A DNA stretch of 62,928 nt, the filler included. It is 4 parts of 4 records of this genome, joined end to end, with 100 filler letters (N's around TTAATTAATTAA, not from the genome) between each part and the next. Parts side by side here need not be neighbours in the genome. Positions count along the whole stretch, not along the records: positions 20,870 to 46,599 come from SRR20825006_480; 3 more parts are not named here. One strand, given 5' to 3'. The notes under the pieces were generated by a model. The model was not told the origin of the DNA and did no database searches. It was given only the letters and a program-made list of their open reading frames with translations. The position numbers were made by a program, and so were the translations under genes. Position 1 is the stretch's first letter. The number at the start of each line of letters is the position of its first letter. Positions 32,401-42,596 of the stretch are shown here, piece after piece.

Positions 32401-32662
32401 CAAATATACTTTTTTTATTTTAAGTTTAATCAATTGAAATACAATTTTTTAGCTTAAATTCGTTAAATTCTTATTATGTTTTTGTAAGGTTTTAAATTTT
32501 CTAAACTTTAACGAATTTTTAAAAGTAATAATTTTTTTTAAAAAAAAGCATATAAATGATGCTTAGCTGTATTTTTATTTGCCAATAATGTAGTTAAATG
32601 TTAAATATCTGGAATAGAATATTTAAAGAGATGATGTTTTTTAAATATTATCTTTACTTTTG
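32401..32662. promoter_or_regulatory. Divergent TAnnTTTG promoters
   Basis: TATATTTG on the minus strand (32401-32408) and TACTTTTG on the plus strand (32655-32662). Confidence 0.55.
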
Positions 32663-32705
32663 CTTTACTTAGTATAACTTAAGATTAACCCTAAAAACTA
32701 AAAAA

Positions 32706-33440
32706 ATGAAACTTAAATTACTTTTTTTAACTGTACTTGGTTCAGTTGCTATTGCAAATGCACAGTACACAGTAACTGATCACAATGGAGTAGAACTTCA
32801 AGAAGGTGACGTTAAAGAATATGGAACATTTGGGTACAACTCAGGTGCTAATTATGATTTTTTTGTTACTAACGACAATCCTACGGATGAGATTTATACA
32901 AGAATTGAATTTGTAAGCGCCGTAAATGCTACAGGTGAATTTTTCGAACTTTGTTATGCTTTACAATGTTACACAGGTTTGACGGTAGGTCAAACATTAC
33001 CTACAGCCCCACAGGTATTTCCAATAGGTGTTGGTGAAACTACTGGAGAAGGAAACCACTTTTTAAATTTTGGACCTGGAAATGGAACTGATATTTTGGA
33101 CTTTACTTTTGCTTTTCACCAGTATGAAGCGGATGGAGTTACTGAAATAGGTACTCCTTTAACTTTTACATACCGTTATAACCCAACATTAGGTGTTGAG
33201 GAAAATAGTAAACTTAATTTAACAATTCAGTCAACGGTTGTTTCTAATGAATTGGTATTGAATGTTAATGAACCAGTAAGTATGGTGGTTTACGATCTTC
33301 AAGGAAGAGTTGTAAAACAAGCTCGTTTCGAAATTGGTCGTCAAGCAGTTAATATGTCTGATTTAAGTTCACAAGCATATATTGTTAGATTTAATAACGA
33401 AAGAGGCGCTACACAAACTACAAAGATTGTTGTTAAGTAA
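32706..33440 (+). CDS. Small T9SS cargo protein with a single Cx4C pair
   Basis: Signal peptide; ELCYALQCY; CTD VYDLQGR...AYIVRF...TKIVVK. Confidence 0.8.
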   Translation: MKLKLLFLTVLGSVAIANAQYTVTDHNGVELQEGDVKEYGTFGYNSGANYDFFVTNDNPTDEIYTRIEFVSAVNATGEFFELCYALQCYTGLTVGQTLPTAPQVFPIGVGETTGEGNHFLNFGPGNGTDILDFTFAFHQYEADGVTEIGTPLTFTYRYNPTLGVEENSKLNLTIQSTVVSNELVLNVNEPVSMVVYDLQGRVVKQARFEIGRQAVNMSDLSSQAYIVRFNNERGATQTTKIVVK

Positions 33441-33460
33441 TTTTAAAAATTGCTTATACT

Positions 33461-33497
33461 AAAAATGCCCCGAAGTTTTCTTCGGGGCATTTTTTTA
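33461..33497. terminator. Bidirectional terminator
   Basis: AAAAATGCCCCGAAG-TTTT-CTTCGGGGCATTTTT. Confidence 0.85.
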
Positions 33498-33514
33498 TAG
33501 TTAAAAGTTGTTTC

Positions 33515-35173
33515 TTAAAAAGTAACAGCTAAGCTTGCAGTTAATCCTGTACTTGAAGGAACAAGTCTACATACTCCACCTACACAAATTAAACCACCAC
33601 GCTGACGGCCATAATTTAAAGCAAAACGTGTAGAACCTTTTGAGAAGCTTCCACCAAAAGTGTAATAATGAAGTTCTTTTTCGCCTCCATAATTCCAAGA
33701 ATCTGCTGCGTAAATCGTAAATGCAGAGTTAAAATTATATTCTAATACTCCTGCAGCCCAGTTTTTATCATCATCTGATGTCCATAGGTGCTGCAATTCA
33801 GCACGTAAAGCTTTTCCGCCTTCAAAGCGACGTGTTGCTTCAACCACTGCAATTTGAGCTCTAATGTCGCCTTCAGTACCTAAAATACCTCCTTTAGAAA
33901 CCGCTTTGTCAATTATTACATCTTGGAATGTAGCTATAGTGCTCCATTTTGAAGACCAACGGTTTTTAATTTCAATATTTAAATCACGGAAATAACGTTC
34001 GCCATCACCAATAAACTTAGCGTCATACGTTTGGTCAGCTACATTGAAAGTAGCTTCTAAACCTGCCCAGTATGAAAAGTTTCCAGCTACTTTAGTGCCA
34101 AGTTTTCCTAGTGTAGATTCCTTAGGGAAAGAATAATATACATCTACTTGAGTGCCAATTTCCCCAGCTCTTTTTTCAGAATCGCTAAATAATAAACGTG
34201 GTTGTGCATTATACACATATATGTTTGAAAGTAAATAATCGTGCTGTTTTGTAACTGCAGGTATGTAATTTACTATTTGTTCGTTAAATTGATTTCCTTC
34301 TGCATAACGGTCTGAGTAGAAACTAAAATTTTCTAATCTTCTAAATGTAGAATTGATTCCAAGACCTTTTTGGGCATACCCTAAGTTTACTTGAAGTGCA
34401 GTACCATCAAAAAGTTGTGGAGAAGTAATTACACCTTCGTTTACAATAACATCTGAATCTTTTGTAATTGCTTCAACACCACCATAAAAGTTGTTTGCAA
34501 CAAAATCCAATCTTCCTCCATAAGCATTTACTACTTTAGGTATAGAGTCGTTAGAATCATTAGATTGATAACGACCTACATAACTTCCACCAAGTTTTAA
34601 GTCTACAGCATCAATATTTAAAACACTACTTAAATCTAAGTTAGCATCTAAACCTTGAATTACACCTTCAGAAACATCAAATCCGTTTCTTATTTGGCCG
34701 TAAACCCCTGTAATATCTACATCTGCAGTAGGATTGAATTTAACGCGAAGACCTTTTAAGCCATTGTTTATGCCTAATTGGCGGTCTTCCCATGTTCTTA
34801 GTATTAAACCACTACCAAATTGTTCGTAGAAGTAACCTCCGGTAACATCAAGCTTGTCGTCTTTATAATTAATGTAGTATGTCCCTACACCATTTTGACC
34901 ATCCCAGATTGGAGAATATCCTAGCAAAGCTGCTGGAAGATATGATTCATATTGTACTCCAGCTGTAAATTTCCCGTAAGAATAGTTAAGTTGGAAGTAA
35001 TTATTAGCTCTAAATTGGCCAACTTCAAATTCATTTCCTTCAGGAAAAGAAAGACCTTCGTCAGGTTGAAGCCATTGCATGTTAGATTCAAGGCCACCAA
35101 AAAAGTAACCGTTGTTCTGTGAAAAGGAGATTGCACCTATAAGCATAAATGCTCCAAGTATTAGTTTTTTCAT
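33515..35173 (-). CDS. DUF6029-like outer-membrane beta-barrel protein
   Basis: Signal peptide, amphipathic beta-strands, C-terminal Phe; GYFYEQFGSGL and RQRGGLICVGGVCR motifs. Confidence 0.8.
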   Translation of the reverse strand: MKKLILGAFMLIGAISFSQNNGYFFGGLESNMQWLQPDEGLSFPEGNEFEVGQFRANNYFQLNYSYGKFTAGVQYESYLPAALLGYSPIWDGQNGVGTYYINYKDDKLDVTGGYFYEQFGSGLILRTWEDRQLGINNGLKGLRVKFNPTADVDITGVYGQIRNGFDVSEGVIQGLDANLDLSSVLNIDAVDLKLGGSYVGRYQSNDSNDSIPKVVNAYGGRLDFVANNFYGGVEAITKDSDVIVNEGVITSPQLFDGTALQVNLGYAQKGLGINSTFRRLENFSFYSDRYAEGNQFNEQIVNYIPAVTKQHDYLLSNIYVYNAQPRLLFSDSEKRAGEIGTQVDVYYSFPKESTLGKLGTKVAGNFSYWAGLEATFNVADQTYDAKFIGDGERYFRDLNIEIKNRWSSKWSTIATFQDVIIDKAVSKGGILGTEGDIRAQIAVVEATRRFEGGKALRAELQHLWTSDDDKNWAAGVLEYNFNSAFTIYAADSWNYGGEKELHYYTFGGSFSKGSTRFALNYGRQRGGLICVGGVCRLVPSSTGLTASLAVTF

Positions 35174-35198
35174 TTTGTAAATTTGGTTGGTAAGAAAT

Positions 35199-35684
35199 TT
35201 ATTTATTAGAGAACTCCTTTACTTTTTCATAAAGTTCCATCTCAGCGCCTGGGCTGTAACCAGAATGTCTATAAACAATCTGATTGTTTTTTACTAATAG
35301 TGTTAAGGGTACTGTTGCTGCACCAACAGCTCTTTTAAAATCGTTATTGGTATCTAACAATACTGTGTAATCCCAGCCTTTTCCGTTAACCATAGGTTTA
35401 ACACGTTTTACACCACGGCTATCGTCTATTGAGACTGCGTATAGTTTAACATTGGTTTCTTCTTGCCAATCTGTGTATACTTCACTAATAGCATCCAATT
35501 CTTTAATACAAGGTACGCACCAAGTAGCCCATAAAGAAACAATTACAACATTGTCATCAGTAGATAATGTTTGCGAATTGATAGGTTCACCATCTAAGGT
35601 AGTCATATCAACATTTGGTAAATCATTTTGTGCAATAGCAGTAAAACTAGCCATTACAAGGAGGAAGGAGAAAATTTTTTTCAT
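35199..35684 (-). CDS. TlpA-like thiol-disulfide oxidoreductase
   Basis: Signal peptide MKKIFSFLL; WATWCVPC; cis-Pro loop TVP. Confidence 0.92.
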   Translation of the reverse strand: MKKIFSFLLVMASFTAIAQNDLPNVDMTTLDGEPINSQTLSTDDNVVIVSLWATWCVPCIKELDAISEVYTDWQEETNVKLYAVSIDDSRGVKRVKPMVNGKGWDYTVLLDTNNDFKRAVGAATVPLTLLVKNNQIVYRHSGYSPGAEMELYEKVKEFSNK

Positions 35685-35845
35685 CGAATAGAATTTAAAT
35701 AAGTAGTTAAAGAGTAGCAATATTAAGTTTTTTTTAATAAAAAATTGTTTTTGTTTAACTGAAATTATGAATTTAACATTCTAAAACCGTGCCTCTTTTT
35801 ATAATATAGATTATATTAGCCCCCTACATTTTAATAATCAAAGTC

Positions 35846-37153
35846 ATGAAAAACCCCCACTATTTTAAACTCTTTTTATTTTTTGCCTTTATTGCAATTG
35901 TTGGTTGTAGTAAAAAAGAAGACCCAATTGGCGTAGCTGTAGAAGATTTGTCTATTGTTTTAACAAGCGATGTTGGAACTGGAGAATTAGAAGTTGTTAC
36001 CGAAGGTCAAATGGTTAACTTTACGGTTACTGGTAGCGATGAAGTAGATTATACTTCAACAGCAAAACTTTATGTAAACGATGTTGAAATTTCAAGTGCT
36101 TCACACCCATTTACTACTACAGGAACCTTTGCTGTAAAAGCAGTTCTCGGTGATGTTACAAGTAATATTCTAAATTTTGAAGTGCTTTCTGAAACACAAC
36201 GTGCCTTAACGGTAGATGTAAATAGAGCATTTAGAAATCAAACTATAACTTTTGGCTTGTTAGATTCAAATGGAGGAAATAGTGCTGCTGATGCTACATT
36301 TTATGTAAATAACGCTGCTATTTCAGGTTTTACATTTTCTTCAGCTAGTGAAGGAGGATTTGAAGTTTACGCAAAATACATGGTAAATGGTGAAGAATAC
36401 ACTTCTGCAACTAAAAACTTTTCTGTTTTTATTCCAAAAAAGAATGTAGTTCTAGAAGATTATACTGGTACATGGTGTGGCTTTTGTTTAGATGCAATCG
36501 TTGCGGTTGAAACAGTAAAGTCATTAACAGATCATGTAACTGTTGTTGCTATTCATAAAGAATCAGGTGGTGTGTTTGAACCATTACATTTTGATAGAAT
36601 TGATGAGCTTCAAGCCGAATTTGGGGTGCCAGATGGATTTCCTCAGACACAATTAGATAGAGCTACAAACTGGAAAAAAGTTCCTTCATATGATTATGAC
36701 GCTGTAATGGCATTGGCTGGGGTAGAAACTGATATGTCTATTGCAATCAATTCACAAATTACCGGCTCAAACCTCACTGTTGATGTTAAAGTTGTTTATG
36801 AAAATGGTTCAGAGCCTGGAGATAAACTGGTGGTTTATTTATTGGAAAATGGGGTAATTGCAGATCAAGTAAATTACTTTAACAATGTTGCAGGACACCC
36901 ATATCAAGGAGCTGGAAACCCTATTAAAGACTTCGAGCACAATGAAGGCTTAAGAAATACACTTTCTGGTTTATTTGGAGATCCTATTCCTGATACTCCT
37001 GCATACCAAGAATTTAAAAAGTCATACTCATTTAATGTGCCTTCAAATTATAACGCAGCTAATTTAAGTTTTGCAGTTATGGTTGTTAAAGCAGATAACG
37101 CTGCAAAAAACTCTCAGCATGCTGAAATAGGTCAAAGTAAAGATTACCAATAG
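35846..37153 (+). CDS. Omp28-like lipoprotein with CxxC
   Basis: Lipobox IVGC followed by SKKED; KKNVVLEDYTGTWCGFC; FEHNEGLR. Confidence 0.85.
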   Translation: MKNPHYFKLFLFFAFIAIVGCSKKEDPIGVAVEDLSIVLTSDVGTGELEVVTEGQMVNFTVTGSDEVDYTSTAKLYVNDVEISSASHPFTTTGTFAVKAVLGDVTSNILNFEVLSETQRALTVDVNRAFRNQTITFGLLDSNGGNSAADATFYVNNAAISGFTFSSASEGGFEVYAKYMVNGEEYTSATKNFSVFIPKKNVVLEDYTGTWCGFCLDAIVAVETVKSLTDHVTVVAIHKESGGVFEPLHFDRIDELQAEFGVPDGFPQTQLDRATNWKKVPSYDYDAVMALAGVETDMSIAINSQITGSNLTVDVKVVYENGSEPGDKLVVYLLENGVIADQVNYFNNVAGHPYQGAGNPIKDFEHNEGLRNTLSGLFGDPIPDTPAYQEFKKSYSFNVPSNYNAANLSFAVMVVKADNAAKNSQHAEIGQSKDYQ

Positions 37154-37173
37154 AATTAGATTTCTTCAAAACT

Positions 37174-37211
37174 AAAAAACCCATCTTGAAATTTTCAAGA
37201 TGGGTATTTTT
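37174..37211. terminator. Bidirectional terminator
   Basis: AAAAAACCCATCTTGAAA-TTTTCAAGATGGGT. Confidence 0.8.
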
Positions 37212-37228
37212 ATGAGGTAGTTTATGTG

Positions 37229-38854
37229 TTAACCTAAAAATGGATATCTATAGTCTACTGGAGAAACAAAGGTTTCTTTCACCATTCTAGGCGAAATCCA
37301 ACGGTATAAATTTAGTTTGCTTCCTGCTTTATCATTTGTTCCACTAGCACGCGCGCCACCAAAAGGTTGTTGGCCTACAACAGCTCCCGTAGGCTTGTCG
37401 TTGATGTAGAAATTTCCTGCTGCATTCTCTAAGGCTTTCATTGCAACTTCAAGCGCATATCTGTCTTCACTAAAAACAGCACCAGTTAAAGCGTATTCAC
37501 CTGAATTGTCAACAACTTCTAGTGTTTCATCCCACTTAGCGTCTTCAAAAACGTATACAGTTAAAACAGGGCCAAAAAGCTCTGTGCACATTGTTGTATA
37601 ATTTGGGTCTTTGGTTACTATAACTGTAGGCTCAATAAAGTAGCCTTTACTCTTGTCGTGGTTTCCTCCCGCAATTACTTCAACATTTTTGTCGGCTTTT
37701 GCAGCGTCAATATATTGTGCAAGCTTATCAAAAGATCCTTCGTGAATTACAGCAGTAATAAAGTTGCTCATATCTTCAGGAGAACCCATTTTGAATGAAT
37801 TGATGTCTTCAATCAGATATTTTTTTACATCTTCCCAAATGCTTTCAGAAATATAACATCTACTTGCAGCGCTACATTTTTGACCTTGAAACTCAAAAGC
37901 TCCACGGCTCATTGCTGTGGCAACTTGTTTTGGATTTGAAGTTTTATGAGCAACGATGAAATCTTTTCCTCCAGTTTCTCCTACAATTCGTGGGTATGTT
38001 TTGTAGTTGTGAATGTTTACACCAATTTGTTGCCAAATACTCTTGAAAACATGTGTTGATCCTGTAAAGTGAATGCCACTAAAATCTGGGCTTGCAAGAA
38101 CGGTTTCTGTAATCATAACAGGGTCACCCATTACCATATTTATAACACCTGCTGGTACACCTGCTTCACGGAAAACATCCTGAATAACTTTCGCAGAATA
38201 TACTTGGCTATCACTTGGTTTCCATAACACCACATTCCCCATCAATGCTGCACTTGCTGGAAGGTTTCCTGCAATAGCTGTAAAGTTAAAAGGTGTAATT
38301 GCATATACAAACCCTTCTAAAGGACGGTATTCAATTCGGTTCCATGCTCCAGAGGTAGATTCTGGTTGTTCTGCATAAATTTCAGTCATAAACTGAACGT
38401 TAAACCTTAAGAAATCTATAAGTTCACAAGCAGCATCAATTTCTGCTTGATAAATATTTTTTGATTGCGCCAACATGGTAGCAGCATTAATTTTTGCTCT
38501 GTAAGGACCCGCAATAAGTTCTGCCGCGCGAAGAAAAATCCCTGCACGTTGCTCCCAAGGCATTGCTGCCCATTTTTTTCTTGCTTCCAAAGCAGTTGAA
38601 ATAGCTTCTTCTACATTGCTTTTTGTGGCTTTATGGTAGGTTCCTAATACATGTTTGTGATCATGCGGAGGAGACATTGTTGCAGTGTCGTTTGTTTTTA
38701 CCTCTTTTCCATTGATAAATAGCGGTACTTCCACTTTTTCACCATACATTTTTTTGTAAGTTTCAAGCACTTCTTCTCGTTCTGTGGATCCTGGAGCATA
38801 GCTCTTTACAGGCTCGTTTACCGCGATTGGCACTTTAAAAAATCCTTTTCCCAT
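37229..38854 (-). CDS. pruA: Delta-1-pyrroline-5-carboxylate dehydrogenase
   Basis: QAEIDAACE, FTGST, GETGGKDF, GQKCSAAS, QPFGGARASGTNDKAGS. Confidence 0.95.
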   Translation of the reverse strand: MGKGFFKVPIAVNEPVKSYAPGSTEREEVLETYKKMYGEKVEVPLFINGKEVKTNDTATMSPPHDHKHVLGTYHKATKSNVEEAISTALEARKKWAAMPWEQRAGIFLRAAELIAGPYRAKINAATMLAQSKNIYQAEIDAACELIDFLRFNVQFMTEIYAEQPESTSGAWNRIEYRPLEGFVYAITPFNFTAIAGNLPASAALMGNVVLWKPSDSQVYSAKVIQDVFREAGVPAGVINMVMGDPVMITETVLASPDFSGIHFTGSTHVFKSIWQQIGVNIHNYKTYPRIVGETGGKDFIVAHKTSNPKQVATAMSRGAFEFQGQKCSAASRCYISESIWEDVKKYLIEDINSFKMGSPEDMSNFITAVIHEGSFDKLAQYIDAAKADKNVEVIAGGNHDKSKGYFIEPTVIVTKDPNYTTMCTELFGPVLTVYVFEDAKWDETLEVVDNSGEYALTGAVFSEDRYALEVAMKALENAAGNFYINDKPTGAVVGQQPFGGARASGTNDKAGSKLNLYRWISPRMVKETFVSPVDYRYPFLG

Positions 38855-39000
38855 AATTTTTTTATGTTTTCTATTTATGAAGATTGCAAAGGTACAATTT
38901 TTTTAGTGTTTAGTAGGCTGTAGCTTTGGGCAGTTTTTGGTCGCTACGTAGAAAAACAATTATTTTATAAAGGTTAAAATTTATATTATTTAGTAGCTTT

Positions 39001-39023
39001 ACTGAACACTGAACACTGAACAC
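39001..39023. repeat. Heptamer tandem repeat (ACTGAAC)x3
   Basis: Read directly upstream of the NRDE gene. Confidence 0.75.
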
Positions 39024-39033
39024 CTTTTAATAT

Positions 39034-39741
39034 ATGTGCACAATTACTTTTGTTCCAAAATCTGATGGCAATTTTGTTTTAACCTCAAACCGTGATGAAG
39101 CGCCTGGACGTGAAACATTTTCGCCAAAAATATATGAAGAAGAAGGCTTGAAATTAGTGTATCCTAAAGATGCAGTTGCTGGTGGAACTTGGATTGGTAT
39201 AAGCGAACACAAACGGTTGGTTTGCTTGATGAATGGTGGTTTTGTGGCGCATGAACGTAATTCCTTTTACAAAAAAAGCAGAGGTTTGGTGGTGAAAGAC
39301 CTTTTGAAAACTGAAAATTTTAAAGTCGAAATTAGCAATTATGATTTCAATGAAATTGAGCCTTTTACGGCTGTAATTGTAACATGGAGCATGGAAGTAG
39401 AATTGTTTCAACTTGTTTGGGATGGTTTAAAGTATCATTTTTCTGAAGAGCCACTTGCGCCACAAATATGGTCGTCATCACCTTTATATCCTGAAAATTT
39501 AAAAAAGAAACGCGAACACTGGTTTTCTGAATTTCTATTTGAAAAGATTAAACCTTCAAATGAAGAAATTCTTGAATTTCATAAAACAGCAGGAGAAGGC
39601 GATTTAAGCAGCAACCTTATAATGGATCGTGGTTTTATAAAAACAAAAAGCATTACCCAAATTAATATGCTTAATGAAACTGTTGAAATGCGGTACGAAG
39701 ATTTACAAATGGAAACAATCAGCAATACAATTTTCTCATAG
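39034..39741 (+). CDS. NRDE/TANGO2-family protein
   Basis: MCT start, SNRDE, GGTWIG, SRG motifs. Confidence 0.88.
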   Translation: MCTITFVPKSDGNFVLTSNRDEAPGRETFSPKIYEEEGLKLVYPKDAVAGGTWIGISEHKRLVCLMNGGFVAHERNSFYKKSRGLVVKDLLKTENFKVEISNYDFNEIEPFTAVIVTWSMEVELFQLVWDGLKYHFSEEPLAPQIWSSSPLYPENLKKKREHWFSEFLFEKIKPSNEEILEFHKTAGEGDLSSNLIMDRGFIKTKSITQINMLNETVEMRYEDLQMETISNTIFS

Positions 39742-39794
39742 ACATCACATCTAATTTTTCTTCGGAATAGAAATTTTTAGAATGTAATAATCGA

Positions 39795-40181
39795 TTAATT
39801 CATAGAAAAAGGTGCACTCAAGTTGAAGAGTGGGATAGAAACTCTAAATTTTCTAGTTGTGGTGAAATTTACCATGTTGTAATGTCCTTTCATTGCGCCA
39901 AAAGGAGAAAGCAAAAGACAGCCGCTGGTGTATGAATGTTTGTCGCCAGGAAGTAATATTGGTTTTTGACCGATTACACCTTCGCCTTCAATAATTTGCG
40001 TGTTACTAAGAGAATCCTTTATTTTCCAGCTACGCGCTATAAGTTGAACTGTGTCCTTGCTTTGGTTTTCAATGGTAATAGTATAGGCAAAGGCATATTG
40101 CATTTTACGATTTTTGTAAAATGTGCCGTCAAATTCCGTTTTTACCGAAATTTTAATTCCTTGTGTTACTTGTTGAACCAT
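39795..40181 (-). CDS. apaG: ApaG protein
   Basis: FAYTITIEN, GEGVIGQKP, YTSGC, GAMKGHY. Confidence 0.93.
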   Translation of the reverse strand: MVQQVTQGIKISVKTEFDGTFYKNRKMQYAFAYTITIENQSKDTVQLIARSWKIKDSLSNTQIIEGEGVIGQKPILLPGDKHSYTSGCLLLSPFGAMKGHYNMVNFTTTRKFRVSIPLFNLSAPFSMN

Positions 40182-40185
40182 TTTT

Positions 40186-41274
40186 TTAATAAACTGCTGC
40201 GCTTGCTGCTATAAATATAAGTGCTGCAAAGGACAAGCCAATTATAAACACTGTGTTTAAAAATACGAATTTTATTAAAGTTAGCAACCTACTTTGCTTG
40301 TAAAAATTTCTAAGGGCTTTATAAAAGTAAAAAGGGCCTATTATTAAAAAAAGACACCCTAAAAGAAATTCACTTCCTATTAATAAATCTGGAATAATGG
40401 TAATAAGCATCGCCAAAAAAATAAAGCTGAATATGTGAAATATAAAAACCATATGTTCCACATACGTGTACTTTTTCCAAGAATAAATTAGCCAGAAAAA
40501 AAGGGCGAAAAAAGGGGTGAAGAAAAATAGAAAGAAAGGTATTTTGGTGATTATGTAATTTATAAAAGCAGTGGGATTATCCTTTATTTTATCTACAGTT
40601 GTGTTTTTTGAATAGATCCATCTGTTAAAAGAAGAGTTTCTGTGGTGAAGGCTATCCAGTGCTATTGTTGCGTTTTTAATATTATGTGTTTTATAGAACT
40701 TTGTGTAAAGTGTAAATCTTTCTGAATAACTTTCTAAAAAAGGGAGGGTGTCTAATTCTTCATCAGAAGTATATTTAAGAGGGGTTTTAGGGAGGTGTTT
40801 CTTAACGGAATCAACAATTTTAATGGCATTGGAAGTGGTAGTCGATACATTTTCGGTAAAAGAATTCAAAAAAGAAGCGTCTTCTAGTGTTGTAGATGAA
40901 TTTTCATCTGAATTCTCCTGAAAAATATCTATAAATCCAGTCAGTAAAAAATAAATTATAGAAACACTTAAAAAGAAACGAAACGGATTTGCGTAGGACA
41001 ATCGTTTGCCTTCTACATAATTTCTTGTGATGGTTCCTGGGCGAAGCAGAAGGTCTTTTAGTGTGTTTCTTAAGCGTGAATCATAAACTACAATGCTATT
41101 AATAAATTCGCCGAAAAAATCTTTTGCAGAAAGTTGCTTATTGCTGTTTAATTGCGAACAATAAGGGCAGTAAATATCACTAATATCTAGCGGCTGTTCA
41201 CAGTTTAGGCATTTTGTTCCGCGGTATTGCAGTGACTTTCTTTTGGTGGAAACCGCTTTTTTTTTGCGTTTCAT
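40186..41274 (-). CDS. DUF3667-like membrane protein with N-terminal zinc ribbon
   Basis: CLNC...YCPYCSQ, PGTITRNYVEGKR, YVEHMVF, several TMs. Confidence 0.8.
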   Translation of the reverse strand: MKRKKKAVSTKRKSLQYRGTKCLNCEQPLDISDIYCPYCSQLNSNKQLSAKDFFGEFINSIVVYDSRLRNTLKDLLLRPGTITRNYVEGKRLSYANPFRFFLSVSIIYFLLTGFIDIFQENSDENSSTTLEDASFLNSFTENVSTTTSNAIKIVDSVKKHLPKTPLKYTSDEELDTLPFLESYSERFTLYTKFYKTHNIKNATIALDSLHHRNSSFNRWIYSKNTTVDKIKDNPTAFINYIITKIPFFLFFFTPFFALFFWLIYSWKKYTYVEHMVFIFHIFSFIFLAMLITIIPDLLIGSEFLLGCLFLIIGPFYFYKALRNFYKQSRLLTLIKFVFLNTVFIIGLSFAALIFIAASAAVY

Positions 41275-41336
41275 TTTAACTAAAACAATGTTTAAATATT
41301 TAAAAAGTAGGTGTTATATTTCTTAAAAAAACGATG

Positions 41337-42596
41337 TTAATTATTCGAAATATTTGTTGAATTTGCGTAACCAGAGCCAATAATTCGATCATATCTAGCG
41401 CCTAAATCTCGAAAATAAACAATAACAGTATAGTTGTTTTCTGTTTGCCAAAAATCGCCGCTAACAGCTCCCTCATCAATGCTGCCATCACGATTTACAA
41501 CTACATACTTATAGTTGTAAAAACCTTGCTTAAACAAGCGGGAATTTCTGTAGGTGTCGCTACTTGAGTCGTATTTCATGTAAGTGCTGCCATCAATAGT
41601 CCAATTATTGAAGTTGCCATAAAGGTGCAATTCCTTGTCGCCATCACCCAAATCATCATAATACTGAAGGTTGAAATGCACACGCACATATTCTGCTTCC
41701 AAATCTTGGTTTTGTGCATCAACATTACGAACCAAAAAGTTTCCATTTATATCTGGATTGTATGTGTAAGGACGGTCGTATCTTGGAATGTTTGTGTAGA
41801 GTTGGTTTTCATAGACGTCTGTTAAGTTTACAGAACGTACTCCATTACTGGCTGAGCGTTCATCTTTATTGTCGAATGAAAGAAATTCATTTCCGCCACC
41901 AAAAGAAGCTTCTTTGTCATATTTATAGATTAGCTCATTGCCCATAGTGTATTGCGGCACCAAATCTGTAATGGCAGTTTTTAGGTTGCTATTTTGAAGT
42001 ACGAGTGTTTTTACAGTCTGTTTTGGGTTTATCAACAATAAATTAGGTGAATTTATTGAAAACTGAACCACTTGCTTTTCATTTATGGTTTTTAAATCTC
42101 GGGAACGTTTAATCTCTACGCCAACGCTTGCAATATTTTCCATAACCAAAAATTTACGAGTAAAAACAAGATCGCCGTCACCATTTGAAATACTAAGTAA
42201 ATAGTTTCCACTTTTTTCAATAGCACGGGTATCTCGGTTGGGGATTGTAAGCTGGTAATGCGAAAATATTTGAAGTGTATTTAATGAGTTTTGGTAGGTT
42301 TGTATACGAACATCATCAAAACCATTTAGGTATTCACTTTTAGAAAGATCGCTTGGTGACCAATCAAAATTATAGTGTGTTATTGTGTAATAATAATCTT
42401 CTTCCTCGCCATTTAATGCATCAAATGAAAGCTGTAGCTTGTCTCCAAGTTGAATAATTGGCAGTTGGCTTAAATCTGTTGCACCTCGAAATTGAATGGT
42501 GCTTATATATGAAGGTTCAACTTTTTCAACAATTTGAGCAAGTGTAGGAAAAAAAGTTAGAAGTAAAAAAAGGGTAGTGGCAAGAGTTTTTAACAT
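41337..42596 (-). CDS. DUF5103 protein (probably the T9SS Plug homologue)
   Basis: Signal peptide; SGNY, GGNEF..FD, KQGFYNY, TENNY, YDRIIG. The Plug assignment is from recalled family knowledge. Confidence 0.7.
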   Translation of the reverse strand: MLKTLATTLFLLLTFFPTLAQIVEKVEPSYISTIQFRGATDLSQLPIIQLGDKLQLSFDALNGEEEDYYYTITHYNFDWSPSDLSKSEYLNGFDDVRIQTYQNSLNTLQIFSHYQLTIPNRDTRAIEKSGNYLLSISNGDGDLVFTRKFLVMENIASVGVEIKRSRDLKTINEKQVVQFSINSPNLLLINPKQTVKTLVLQNSNLKTAITDLVPQYTMGNELIYKYDKEASFGGGNEFLSFDNKDERSASNGVRSVNLTDVYENQLYTNIPRYDRPYTYNPDINGNFLVRNVDAQNQDLEAEYVRVHFNLQYYDDLGDGDKELHLYGNFNNWTIDGSTYMKYDSSSDTYRNSRLFKQGFYNYKYVVVNRDGSIDEGAVSGDFWQTENNYTVIVYFRDLGARYDRIIGSGYANSTNISNN

